Of a DNA stretch of 64,000 nt, positions 42,701-51,338 are shown piece by piece. Source of the DNA: Dehalococcoidia bacterium. GTDB taxonomy: Bacteria; Chloroflexota; Dehalococcoidia; UBA6926. The notes beneath the pieces are model-generated. The model made no database searches and was not told where the DNA came from. It was given only the letters and a program-made list of their open reading frames with translations. Position numbers and translations under genes: made by a program. Position 1 is the stretch's first letter. Every line of letters begins with the position of its first letter. The DNA is taken from positions 64,001 through 128,000 of the forward strand of contig CAXXET010000006.1 in NCBI GenBank assembly GCA_963666115.2, read 5' to 3'.

Positions 42701-43627
42701 GGCACCACTGACGCTGCCAACAAGACCCAGAAGATTGAAGTCAACGATGTCGTCTTCCTCAACGTCAGCTTCGACGCTGAGACGGGCGAGTACACCGGCG
42801 ACTCCAAGAAGAAGGTCAGCATCAGCGGCCTGACCCTGGAGACCCTGTCCGCGGACTCCGTCAGCTCCAGCGGCACGCTCGCCAGCAGCCCGACGGTTGA
42901 AGAGTCCATGGACCTGGAGGACGGGACCGCCCAGAGTTCGAACGGCATCAAGCACGTCATCGCGCTCTCGGAGCCTGCCCTGGGCAACTACCGCCTGAAG
43001 ATCGACTACGCGGATGAGGCTGGCAACGCCGATGACTTCGGCTACGTCTTCACCATCGTCGCCCCGGCGCCTGCCACCGTCGACGTGGTGCCCGGCTGGA
43101 CCCTCGTGTCCATCCCCGGCACCCCGCAGGACAAGAGCATCGCCGGCGTCCTGGCCGGTTCCCAGGTGACGGATGTCTGGAGCCTCAACAACGAGACCAA
43201 GATTTGGGAGTTCGCTCGCATCGATGACGAGGGCGAGTGGACGGGCACCCTGTCCCAGATCGTGGATGGCCGCGGCTACTTCGTCCGCAGCACCACCTTC
43301 GATCCCATCTCCGTCCTCCTTGAGCGCTTCAGCCCCCAGCGCACACCGCCGCAGTACATCGTCGCCACCGGCTGGAACAGCATCGGCTACACCCCCGCAG
43401 GCAATGAGGACTCCGTCAGCGTTGACGGCTACCTCAGCGCCCTCGGAACCAGCGGATGGGGCATGATCCGCATGTGGAACTCCGATGCCACCCCGCCGCA
43501 GTACGAGACCTACTTCTCCAGCGGTGCAATGACCGATGGCTTCCCGAACGACAACGGCGTCGCCAAGGTCGAAAAGGGCAAGGGCTACCTCCTCTTCGCC
43601 ACCCGCAACGGAGTAATCGGCGGCTAA
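39791..43627 (+). CDS. Large secreted acidic S-layer-like surface protein (about 1278 aa)
   Basis: GTG start after GGAAGGGG; signal peptide KRKALVILTVAILALALIPALGVQA; rich in D/T/G/A; Ig-like segments (D.AGN); C-terminal duplicated GW..GxGY module. Confidence 0.78.
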   Translation: MKRKALVILTVAILALALIPALGVQAATGAVKIVTPAELANPTTDRTAAFDKLTNAPYVSDAYGEISGDMSDVYGTLYAVIEDNDATANAHQEYTAYFGSQSNQDGVSMDLDELAVDTVYPGGAKVHDHVVPTAVTAPATATPNDIGLTAVANDALVIADRNRDGVVNGNDVTVISYGVDGDGNETGKRIWPATLVFDVQEDTIWANFASMDTAATNVRVHFVTAKKDTLLYTTGSNTGKSLVSVESDTGDAITITATEKNIAGMATGITDAVDSADFENADYDSTDSGIFLARFGVIDNRWKTMLTDWVTAAEAAVATTTATATAGIVPAQTGAGTTASPYVPGTLIVPVTVDSSVTHNGTDHYVYDGNKDGVIDHKDFTVGVTWTEGTADTDTTNDPGLTVVATHLVKGGTVAADHDCSGTAADDTVVATDTLCTTISNTGVITETEDTTTVTATSKVVDSVAGLEDDLDMQATGSGDNAKTRKEVIEGIAAFAGLCSTDACPEADSLGDAVNGQANNLGASDGPAGDLVRQLLGVSDGDDIDVLYRDQSPSGTRSATSTVDLRAPTIGGLNPANDTFTTDDRFDVLFTVTDADAGLPEDAESTNFAGSGDNARNFVAVVAAARQEGGTGYNDSDASASKLDEDDEIPDGFSYELEIDANNAARLASNDNKNLEVRMTITAYDKAGNKGVANVFYTIDVIDPDLLGALTGIGVEFSSTLDRNDKGDKGAHKVLENNRRWMALVFNGPVDGSNLNPSDVAIGGQSVDDVIWLNNVGDNVVTTAANQDSGNITGTTGAGLALKAGTKGQDARHVLFVKLATDLDTTDRPQVEIDGDDIPDLAGNTSRSDHTIARATDRLAPVFTVTLDDKLSNNNLGVTIVSTEELRRSPTATVSNALGVVKRLVVRDSGENAWTVNTARSGIGLGGSGHDGIWTVNVSGEDSNGNGATNMKAKWELDTKVNNGMAPTRGGTTDAANKTQKIEVNDVVFLNVSFDAETGEYTGDSKKKVSISGLTLETLSADSVSSSGTLASSPTVEESMDLEDGTAQSSNGIKHVIALSEPALGNYRLKIDYADEAGNADDFGYVFTIVAPAPATVDVVPGWTLVSIPGTPQDKSIAGVLAGSQVTDVWSLNNETKIWEFARIDDEGEWTGTLSQIVDGRGYFVRSTTFDPISVLLERFSPQRTPPQYIVATGWNSIGYTPAGNEDSVSVDGYLSALGTSGWGMIRMWNSDATPPQYETYFSSGAMTDGFPNDNGVAKVEKGKGYLLFATRNGVIGG

Positions 43628-43646
43628 CCCCCACCACCCGACCCAA

Positions 43647-43679
43647 AAGGAGGGGGGCGCGCAAGCGCCCCCCTCCCTC
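43647..43679 (+). terminator. Terminator-like hairpin after the surface protein gene
   Basis: ggaggggggcgc-gcaa-gcgcccccctcc. Confidence 0.7.
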
Positions 43680-43712
43680 GTTAACCCCATGTCCCCCTGA
43701 GCGCCCATTCAT

Positions 43713-43738
43713 GTCATTCTGAGCGCAGCGAAGAATCC
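43713..43738 (+). repeat. Family B repeat
   Basis: gtcattctgagcgcagcgaagaatcc. Confidence 0.85.
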
Positions 43739-43765
43739 CCCAACCCCCCGTGCTACCCTTAACCC

Positions 43766-44848
43766 ATGCAAGACCTAACCACCCGCCTCCTAAAAGGAGA
43801 CCTAACAGCCGCCCCCCGCATCCTAACCCTCCTCGAAAAAGGACACCCCCAAGCCAACGAAATCCTCACCCAACTGTCCGTCATTCCCGCAACCCCAGTC
43901 CGTCATTCCGGCGAAGGCCGGAATCCATCCGGCTCCCCCCCCTCCGAATCCCCCGCGACCCCAGTCCGTCATTCCGGCGAAAGCCGGAATCCATCCGGCT
44001 CCCCCCCCACGTCCCCCGCCCACCACATCGGCATCACAGGCCCCCCCGGCGCAGGCAAGAGCACCCTCGTCGAAGCCCTCACCAAGCTCCTCCGCCAACA
44101 AGACAAAACCGTCGGCGTCCTCGTCGTCGATCCCTCAAGCCCCTTCACCGGCGGCGCCATCCTCGGCGACCGCGTCCGCATGAGAGACCACTTCCTCGAC
44201 CCCGGCGTCTTCATCCGCAGCATGGCAACGCGAGGCGCGACAGGCGGCCTCTCCGCCATCGTCCCATCAGCCCTCCGCGTCCTCGATGCCGCGGGCCTCG
44301 ATGTCATCCTCGTCGAAACAGCAGGCGTCGGCCAGACGGAACTGGACATCATGAACACCGTAGACACCGTCGTCGTCACAGTAGTCCCCGAAGCGGGCGA
44401 TGCCATCCAGACAATGAAAGCCGGACTCCTGGAAATCGCCGATATCTTCGTCGTCAACAAGGCAGACCGCCAGGGCGCAAAGCGCATGGCGACTGACCTG
44501 GAAACAACAGCCCACCTCGGCAGCCGAGACATGGACTGGTGGACAATCCCCGTCCTCCAAACCCAGGCCACCCTCGGCGCAGGAGTAACAGACCTCCTAA
44601 ACGCCCTAACCAACCACTACAAAACCCTCGTCGACACCAACCGCCTGGAACTCCGCCGCGCCGCCCAAAGAAGAGCAGAACTCCAAACAGCCCTAAGAGA
44701 CCGCCTCCTACACCACCTGGACCAAGCCGAACACTCAACCCCCCTAACCAACATCATCCAACAAGTAGAATCCGGCCACCTCCCCCCCCAAACCGCCGCA
44801 GACCAAATCCTCGCGAACCTCGCCCCCCGTGCTAAACTATCCCCATGA
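43766..44848 (+). CDS. meaB: MeaB/ArgK GTPase (methylmalonyl-CoA mutase chaperone) with an in-frame repeat insertion
   Basis: GITGPPGAGKST, VDPSSPFTGGAILGDRVRM, ETAGVGQ, VVNKAD. Confidence 0.92.
   Translation: MQDLTTRLLKGDLTAAPRILTLLEKGHPQANEILTQLSVIPATPVRHSGEGRNPSGSPPSESPATPVRHSGESRNPSGSPPTSPAHHIGITGPPGAGKSTLVEALTKLLRQQDKTVGVLVVDPSSPFTGGAILGDRVRMRDHFLDPGVFIRSMATRGATGGLSAIVPSALRVLDAAGLDVILVETAGVGQTELDIMNTVDTVVVTVVPEAGDAIQTMKAGLLEIADIFVVNKADRQGAKRMATDLETTAHLGSRDMDWWTIPVLQTQATLGAGVTDLLNALTNHYKTLVDTNRLELRRAAQRRAELQTALRDRLLHHLDQAEHSTPLTNIIQQVESGHLPPQTAADQILANLAPRAKLSP
43880..44015 (+). repeat. One partial and two full family A-variant palindromes in a 66-bp-period tandem inside meaB
   Basis: gtcattccggcgaaggccggaatcca at 43902 and gtcattccggcgaaagccggaatcca at 43968. 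Confidence 0.9.
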
Positions 44849-45081
44849 CAACCCAAACACCCACGCCCCCGCCAACAGACAACGAGCGCCTATCCCGCTT
44901 GGAGGGCATCGTCGAACAGATCGTCATACGCCTTGACGGCTTTGAACGACGCTTGGATGGCGTCGAGTCTCGCCTGGACTCCCTCCGCACCATGATGTTC
45001 ATGGGCTTCGGCTTCCTCTGGGCATCGACGATGGCAGGCTTCATAGCCATCTTCATCGCCATCCTCAACATCAACCCCTAG
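44845..45081 (+). CDS. Small coiled-coil protein with a C-terminal TM helix
   Basis: ERLSRLEG...RLDGFERRLDGVESRLD heptads, then a hydrophobic tail; paralog at 33141. Confidence 0.75.
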   Translation: MTTQTPTPPPTDNERLSRLEGIVEQIVIRLDGFERRLDGVESRLDSLRTMMFMGFGFLWASTMAGFIAIFIAILNINP

Positions 45082-45091
45082 CCCACACCTG

Positions 45092-46270
45092 TCATTCTGA
45101 GCGCAGCGAAGAATCCACCCGCATAAACCGCAAAACATCCCCAACCTCCCCCTCGATCCCCGCGCCCATCCCGCCATTCCCGCGCTCCCCCTCCGTCATT
45201 CCCGCGAAAGCGGGAACCTCACCCCCAAACCACTCAAAAATAACCTCCGCCCGCCCCCCACCCCGCCGCCTCACCCCCCAAGTCCCCACCGCCAACCCAT
45301 CGACGATCACCACAGGCCGTATCATCCCCCCACCCGCATTCACCCGGGACACATCCTCCGCCGCCACCGCAAGCCCCCGCCCCCGATACCCCAACAAATA
45401 AGTATCAAACGCCCCCAACAACCGAACCCTCTTTTTCCCGCGAAAGCGGGAACCCAGTCCCCCGCCCCCGTCCCCCAACAACCACATCCCCTCCCCCCCA
45501 ACCTCAACCTCCACCAACTCCCCCTCAATCGCCCCCCACCCAGCCCGCGCATCCCGCAGCGAAATCCCCGCCCACACAGCAAAATCCCGCGCCGTCGACG
45601 GCCCGAACGCCCGCACATACCGCCCGGCCAGCCGCGCCAAGGCCTCCTCCCGGTCCAACACAGGCCGCTCAACCCCCGCCAGCCACGAATCCGCCGCCAC
45701 GAACGTCTCCGTCTTCCCGTCCACCAGCGGCCCGTGCGTCATCAACCCCAGGAACCCCGCGGACCGCACGACGTGATGCAGCCCCTGGTTCTCGACGGGT
45801 ATCCCATGCGGCGCGAGCCGCTCCGCGAGCTGCGCCCGCGTCAGAGGCCCCTCGGCGGTCAACGCATCCAGCGCAAGCGAATGCGCCCGTTCAAGCTTAG
45901 ACTCATCCAACCCCAGCTCAAGCCGCCGCCCCCGCCCCGACGAAAACGCGATAGGCCCCAAAAGCGATGTCATCCACCGGTGATCCTCCGATGGAATCAA
46001 GTGCAAAGTCCCCCGCATAACCCACGTCCGCACGACAGACCGCTCCTCGGCGATCATGTGATGCATGCTCGCAGCGCTAAGCCCGGAACTCCGGGCGCGA
46101 ATCTGCAGCGCCGCCGCATTCAAATCCTGCCCCTGCAACCCCCCCGCCCGAGCCACAACAGCGGCCGCAATCCCCGCGCCCCCCTCCAAATCCCCCGCGA
46201 AGGCGGGGGCCAACCCCTGCGCCAAAACACGCAGCCACCGAACCTCACCAGCAGAAAGAGAAACGGCCAT
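45092..46270 (-). CDS. AlkZ/YcaQ-like winged-helix (HTH_42) DNA glycosylase family protein with embedded repeats
   Basis: GLQGQD, RTWVMRGTLHL, FGPSTARDFAVWAG, LLGAFDTYLLGY. Confidence 0.85.
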   Translation of the reverse strand: MAVSLSAGEVRWLRVLAQGLAPAFAGDLEGGAGIAAAVVARAGGLQGQDLNAAALQIRARSSGLSAASMHHMIAEERSVVRTWVMRGTLHLIPSEDHRWMTSLLGPIAFSSGRGRRLELGLDESKLERAHSLALDALTAEGPLTRAQLAERLAPHGIPVENQGLHHVVRSAGFLGLMTHGPLVDGKTETFVAADSWLAGVERPVLDREEALARLAGRYVRAFGPSTARDFAVWAGISLRDARAGWGAIEGELVEVEVGGEGMWLLGDGGGGLGSRFRGKKRVRLLGAFDTYLLGYRGRGLAVAAEDVSRVNAGGGMIRPVVIVDGLAVGTWGVRRRGGGRAEVIFEWFGGEVPAFAGMTEGERGNGGMGAGIEGEVGDVLRFMRVDSSLRSE

Positions 46271-46279
46271 AGGGGAAAC

Positions 46280-46687
46280 TCAGGACAGCGAAATCGGCTC
46301 TAACTGGCCATCCTCGAGCACATCCAGAATGAAGGGAGGCGTCAAATACACAATGGCATCGAGAATGAGTTCAAATGCCCGCAAGAAGCACCGGACCTTT
46401 TCCCATAGCTGCTCTGAGCCTCCCCACAGGTAGAAGCATCGAATTCTGTAGTCGATGATGGCGGCTCGCTCTGAGGGCTCCAGGTGGTGCCTGCGGTCAT
46501 GCCCGATGATGATCCAGCCCCGCCGCCCAATCTCTGGCATCCATACTTCATCCGGGGTGTCCTGCGCGAAGTGATCACGGAGGAACTCGACTTCTATGGG
46601 GAGGCGCAGTCTGGCTAAGACCTCCGGCAGACGCTTTCCGACGTCTCGGTCAAAGAACAGTGTAGGCCGACTAGCGGGCGCGATCAT
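46280..46687 (-). CDS. VapC45-like PIN toxin
   Basis: LFFDRDVG, HFAQDTPDEVWMPEIGRRGWIIIGHDRR. Confidence 0.8.
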   Translation of the reverse strand: MIAPASRPTLFFDRDVGKRLPEVLARLRLPIEVEFLRDHFAQDTPDEVWMPEIGRRGWIIIGHDRRHHLEPSERAAIIDYRIRCFYLWGGSEQLWEKVRCFLRAFELILDAIVYLTPPFILDVLEDGQLEPISLS

Positions 46688-47347
46688 TCAGACCGCAGCG
46701 TCATTGACGGCTTCAAACGCCAGAGCGTCCTTGACTTGCGCAGGACTCAGCACGAGGTCATCTTCAATATCCTCAAGCGATTCGCCTGCTTCATGGCGCC
46801 CCTTAATGATCGCGGTTAGCACGCCGCCGGACGATGGCGCCCCAAACCGCATCCGGGGATCGATGATCACGCTGCTGCCGCGACCTCTCGGATACCACCG
46901 CACCGCCAGGCCATCCTCGTAATCAAACTCCTCAAACCGCTCCGCTAGGCAGCCGTGCCAATCCATGGAACCGGCATCCCCCATCAAGTCAGCCGCGTAG
47001 CTCTTCCACCGCGCGTCCACAAAGGGATATTCCAAATCGAACGCGTTCGCCGCTCGCTCATGCGCCGCGCGAATCTGGCGGAGCGAAACCCCCGCGTTCC
47101 GGAGAGTCGCCACGAACGCCACCTCAATCAACTCGAGATATGAGAGCGACGGCAGCTTGTGACCGCGACCGCGACCCCGCCCGTTCGACGCCGCTGCAAG
47201 CGAACTGTAGGACTGGCGCCTCCATGCGCTGACGGTCTGCGCGCTCGTGCCCGCATAGCGGGCTGCCTCGCCCGTAGGGTAACCGGGAAGATGTATGCGG
47301 CCCCGCCACCCCTCGGTAGGGCGCGCCCCCGCCAAAGACACCATCAC
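46688..47347 (-). CDS. HTH plus DUF433 antitoxin (VapB45-like)
   Basis: N-terminal Y..GEAARYAG HTH, LSYLELIE, IDPRMRFGAP...VKDALAFE. Confidence 0.82.
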   Translation of the reverse strand: MMVSLAGARPTEGWRGRIHLPGYPTGEAARYAGTSAQTVSAWRRQSYSSLAAASNGRGRGRGHKLPSLSYLELIEVAFVATLRNAGVSLRQIRAAHERAANAFDLEYPFVDARWKSYAADLMGDAGSMDWHGCLAERFEEFDYEDGLAVRWYPRGRGSSVIIDPRMRFGAPSSGGVLTAIIKGRHEAGESLEDIEDDLVLSPAQVKDALAFEAVNDAAV

Positions 47348-47390
47348 TCACTCTCCATCCTCATAGCCCCACCAGTATACCGCCCCCTCC

Positions 47391-47416
47391 GTCATTCCCG
47401 CGAAAGCGGGAACCTA
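47391..47416 (+). repeat. Family A repeat overlapping the stop codon of the next gene
   Basis: gtcattcccgcgaaagcgggaaccta. Confidence 0.85.
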
Positions 47417-48844
47417 GAACCCCATCTCCCCCCGCGCCACGTAAAACTCCCGCAAACGCCGTATCGCCCGCGCCGCGTCCTGGAACGACGGGAACACCGC
47501 GATCCCCTTCTCCGCCACCTTGATACGGAACTCCGCCAGCGCCGCCTCATCCTGGTTCCACGTCGCGATCACCCCGAACGGCTTGTCCGTCGACTCCTGG
47601 AACTCCTTGAACATGTCGATCAGGTCGTCCATCCCCTGGCCCTGACGCTCAAGGCGCCGCGAGATGAACCCGATGCTCGCCTCGATCACCACGATGTCCG
47701 TATTCGGATCAGCCGCCAGCGCGTCCAGCATCTCCCGCCCGCGTTCGATGCTCGTCAGCGAGCCGGACACGTCCAGCGGGTTCTTGTAGCTGCCCCCCAC
47801 CACCGTCACGATGGGCTGCAGGATGTCATAGCTCTCCTGCGTCAGGTCGGGCACCGTCAGCCCCTCCCGCCCGAACGCGTCGGACACCAGCACGGACTGC
47901 CCGCCCGTCTGCGCCACAATCCCCATCCGGGTCCCCGTGAACGGCTTCAGGAAGTGCAGCGCCTTGAACGCGTCCATCAGCTCGTCCTGCGTGTCCACCC
48001 GGATCGCCCCCGTCTGCCGGATCATCGCGTCCCACAGCGCCATGTCCGACGCCAGGTGCCCCGTGTGCGACGCCGCGGCCCGCGCCCCCTCCTGCGTCTG
48101 CCCGCCCTTCCAGATGATCACCGGCTTCCGCGCCGCAACGTCGCGCAGCGCCTCGAAGAACTTGCGCCCGTCGCGCGTCCCCTCGACATACATCCCAATC
48201 GACTTGACCTCCGGGTCCTCCCCCAGGTACTCAAGCCAATCCCCCTGGTCGACGGAAATGCTGTTGCCCATGCTGATCGACTTCAACGGATACAGGCCGT
48301 TGATGCGCGCGCGAATGACGAAGCTGGTGGCGTGCGTGCCGGAGTTCGACATGAACCCGATGTCGCCGCCCTCGCCGATCCACTGGTCCTGCGAGTTCCG
48401 GATGCCCGCCTTGGAGTGGTACAGCGCCATGCAGTTCGGGCCGACGAGGTTGAAGTTCGCCTCGCTCGTCATCTTCGTCAGCGCCTCCTGGAGCTGGACG
48501 CCCTGCTCCTCGCCCGTCTCCGCGAAGCCGGACGTGAACAGCGCCGCCGCCCCGGCCCCCGCGCTGATCGCGTCCGCCACGATGCGCGGCGCGACAGGCC
48601 GCGGCACCGCCACAATCACATAGTCAACCTGCCCCGGCACGGCCTCCAGGCTCGGGTAATTCTCGAATCCCATCTCAAGGATGCCCGGGATCTCGTTCTC
48701 ATCGATCTGCACGGACACAACCTTCGCCTTCGCGTCGCGGACGCTCTTCAGCCACATATAGTCCGTGATCTTCTTGTCGCCCACCACCGCAATCAACTCC
48801 GGGTTGAATGCCCGATCCAAATTAGCCTTCCGTACCGCATCCAT
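47414..48844 (-). CDS. NDP-forming acyl-CoA synthetase, alpha (CoA-binding) subunit
   Basis: FTSGFAETG, VGPNCM, SMGN, WKGGQTQEGARAAASHTG, NPLD. Confidence 0.88.
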   Translation of the reverse strand: MDAVRKANLDRAFNPELIAVVGDKKITDYMWLKSVRDAKAKVVSVQIDENEIPGILEMGFENYPSLEAVPGQVDYVIVAVPRPVAPRIVADAISAGAGAAALFTSGFAETGEEQGVQLQEALTKMTSEANFNLVGPNCMALYHSKAGIRNSQDQWIGEGGDIGFMSNSGTHATSFVIRARINGLYPLKSISMGNSISVDQGDWLEYLGEDPEVKSIGMYVEGTRDGRKFFEALRDVAARKPVIIWKGGQTQEGARAAASHTGHLASDMALWDAMIRQTGAIRVDTQDELMDAFKALHFLKPFTGTRMGIVAQTGGQSVLVSDAFGREGLTVPDLTQESYDILQPIVTVVGGSYKNPLDVSGSLTSIERGREMLDALAADPNTDIVVIEASIGFISRRLERQGQGMDDLIDMFKEFQESTDKPFGVIATWNQDEAALAEFRIKVAEKGIAVFPSFQDAARAIRRLREFYVARGEMGF

Positions 48845-48902
48845 CCTGTGCGCCCCCCTTTTTCCCGCGAAACCCCTCCGTCATTCCCGCGAAAGCGGGA
48901 AT

Positions 48903-49649
48903 CTACCCCTCCGCAGTAAGCACTATCCGCGCATCGACAGCGACTGACCCATCCGCGTAAGCAAGCACCGGATTCAAGTCCATCTCCGCAACCCCCGGCG
49001 TCTCGCTCACAAACGCCGAAACCGCCTCGATTACCCCCTCCAGCGCGCCCAGGTCAACGGCCCGCGTCGCCCGGTGCCCCGTCAGCAGCGGATACCCCTT
49101 GATCTCGCGGATGATCGCCCCCGCGTCCCTCGTCGTCAGCGGAGCGATCCGAAACGCCACGTCCTGCAGCACCTCAACCGCGATGCCGCCCAGCCCGAAC
49201 ATGATCACCGGCCCAAACTGGCGGTCGCGCGTCATGCCCACGATGACCTCGACGCCTCCTGCGGGCGCTTGCGGCTGCACCGTCACGCCGTCGATGGCCG
49301 CGTTCGGCTCCGCCGCCGTCGCGCTTGCGACGATCTCCTCGAAAGCCGCCCGCGCGGCGTCCGCGTCCGCGATGCCGAGCCGCACGCCGCCAACATCGCT
49401 CTTGTGCGTAATCTCCCTGGATGACACCTTCATCACGACGGGAAACCCGACGCTTTCCGCCGCCGCCGCAGCCTCATCCGCAGACGAAGCCGTCGTCGGC
49501 ATTGTCACCCGGATGCCCTGCTCCTGCAGGATCGCCTTGGATTCCTCCTCCGTCAGGATGAGACGCCCCTCGGCACGCGCGCGAGCCGCCGTCTCCCCAA
49601 AAAGTGTGGACGCTGACACAGTCACAAACACCCCCCGCCTATTCCCCAA
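48903..49649 (-). CDS. NDP-forming acyl-CoA synthetase, beta (ATP-grasp) subunit
   Basis: GFPVVMK, HKSDVGGV, FGPVIMFGLGG, EMDLNPV, AVDARI; stop overlaps the family A repeat at 48880-48905. Confidence 0.9.
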   Translation of the reverse strand: MGNRRGVFVTVSASTLFGETAARARAEGRLILTEEESKAILQEQGIRVTMPTTASSADEAAAAAESVGFPVVMKVSSREITHKSDVGGVRLGIADADAARAAFEEIVASATAAEPNAAIDGVTVQPQAPAGGVEVIVGMTRDRQFGPVIMFGLGGIAVEVLQDVAFRIAPLTTRDAGAIIREIKGYPLLTGHRATRAVDLGALEGVIEAVSAFVSETPGVAEMDLNPVLAYADGSVAVDARIVLTAEG

Positions 49650-49713
49650 ATTGCACTTGCTAGTGTATACGAATCGAACGCCAAACGCGCCCGTTCCCGC
49701 GTGCCGGCCCCCC

Positions 49714-50652
49714 CTACAGCCGTGACACGCCCACCAGCGTCGCGTTCACGATGAAGCGGTGAGAATACGTCGTCGCCGGCGCGCACGTCACCAGTGACAG
49801 CGTCGGCCCGTCCGAGTAATCGAAGACGTCCACGTCCTCCGGCAGCACAACCGTCGTATCCGTGGCCCGGTACAGAAACACGTCCCCACCCGCCGTCACG
49901 ATGATGTCCACGATCTTGCCCCGCCGCAGCAGCGGCGCAATTTCATCCAGCCGCGCAAACACCGACCCCTCCCCGGCAATCGGCGAATTGACGTGGCCTG
50001 ACATCACCGTGTTGCCAACCTCCCCCGGCGTCGCCGAGCCGATGTGGAACCCCACCGCGTGATCCGCCGTCTCCCACTCGCTCGTCTCGCCGTCCCAGAC
50101 AATGCTGAGATCGACAACCGTCGACTCCAGCCCGATGGCCGGAATGATGATGTGGTGCGGCCGCGGCTCCTCCCCATACGTCGAAACCAAATCATCCTCC
50201 GTGACCGCCCGAAAATTCTCCCGGATCGGTCCAAGCAGCGTTCCATCGTCTGCGCGGGCCACATAGTGATTGAGGTCACGAAGTATGCCGTACTCGTCAT
50301 AGGGGCTTTCGACTGCTTCAGAAGCATCGTTGGTCTCCTCAGATTCGGGCAACGGCGTAGGCGCCGTGGCAACCGGCAGCGCCGAATCGACGTACACGAT
50401 AGACGTTGCCGCTGCCGTAGGCATGGCAGGGGTCTGGATGGCCAGGTCTCGCGACAAATCCTCCCGCGTAAGCCCAGTCTCAGCCTGCGTAACAGTCAAA
50501 TCATCAAGCCCCGCCTGCCCGTAAGCCCCAACGATGAAATACCCGCCCGCGAACAAGACCAACCCAACCCCGATAGCCACAATGAATACGCCCAGGACAA
50601 GCATCGGCCGCACAAAGACAAGCGCCCAAAGCCCAATCAGCCGGTCCATCAT
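49714..50652 (-). CDS. Sortase family protein
   Basis: N-terminal TM; IIIPAIGL, PGEVGNTVMSGH, LSLVTC...R. Confidence 0.85.
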   Translation of the reverse strand: MMDRLIGLWALVFVRPMLVLGVFIVAIGVGLVLFAGGYFIVGAYGQAGLDDLTVTQAETGLTREDLSRDLAIQTPAMPTAAATSIVYVDSALPVATAPTPLPESEETNDASEAVESPYDEYGILRDLNHYVARADDGTLLGPIRENFRAVTEDDLVSTYGEEPRPHHIIIPAIGLESTVVDLSIVWDGETSEWETADHAVGFHIGSATPGEVGNTVMSGHVNSPIAGEGSVFARLDEIAPLLRRGKIVDIIVTAGGDVFLYRATDTTVVLPEDVDVFDYSDGPTLSLVTCAPATTYSHRFIVNATLVGVSRL

Positions 50653-50660
50653 CCGACCGC

Positions 50661-51275
50661 CTACCCGAGTATCTCCGCGATTCTCTCATCGAGAACCGCG
50701 CCGGTCACCACGCCCGCCCACCGCGTATGCACCGTCCCGTCCCGCTCGATGAAGAACGTGATCGGCAAGCCGCCCACGCCGTAATCGATGGTCGCCTCCC
50801 CGTCCGGATCGGTCACCATCACGTAGCCGTCATCCACGGGAACATTGAACTCCTCGATGAACGCCAGCGCGTCCTCATTCGTGTCCTGGATCGCCACGCC
50901 AATGAACCGGACGCCCTCGCCCGTGTAACGCTCGTGCGCCTCCACCAGGTGCGGCATTTCTGTGCGGCACGGCACGCACCAGGATGCCCAAAAATTCACA
51001 ACCAACGGCGACCCCTCAAAATCGGACAGGCTAACGTCTCCCGCCCCGTTCAACTGCGAGAGCGTGAACGAAGGCGCCGCGATGCTCGTGCGCGTCGTGG
51101 TATCCATCGGCATCGATTCCCGCGTCATCAGGCTGTACGCCAACAGCCCGACAAACGCCGCCATCACGACAACCGCCACCGAAACAACAACAACCCCCGG
51201 CCGCCGCTGCTCCGCAGCGCCGACCCCGGGAACCGTATCCGAACCGTCCGCTCTCTCGCCAGCGTCCTCAACCAT
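50661..51275 (-). CDS. TlpA/ResA thiol-disulfide oxidoreductase
   Basis: VVNFWASWCVPCRTEMP, GLPITFFI. Confidence 0.92.
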   Translation of the reverse strand: MVEDAGERADGSDTVPGVGAAEQRRPGVVVVSVAVVVMAAFVGLLAYSLMTRESMPMDTTTRTSIAAPSFTLSQLNGAGDVSLSDFEGSPLVVNFWASWCVPCRTEMPHLVEAHERYTGEGVRFIGVAIQDTNEDALAFIEEFNVPVDDGYVMVTDPDGEATIDYGVGGLPITFFIERDGTVHTRWAGVVTGAVLDERIAEILG

Positions 51276-51338
51276 AACCTAACCATCCCCGCGCTTCCCT
51301 GATTATACCCGTTGGCGGTCCAGCGCGAGCCGAGGAAT

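Noticed and set aside
39734-43708. 1324-aa ORF antisense to the surface protein, and similar long antisense ORFs over thrS, pyrG, rho and the CoA-transferases
   Set aside because: Shadow frames expected from high-GC codon bias; no motifs, and the opposite strand has clear genes.
43730-46270. Diversity-generating retroelement as the cause of the skewed patches
   Set aside because: No reverse transcriptase and no template/variable repeat pair in the window; the changes are not adenine-specific.
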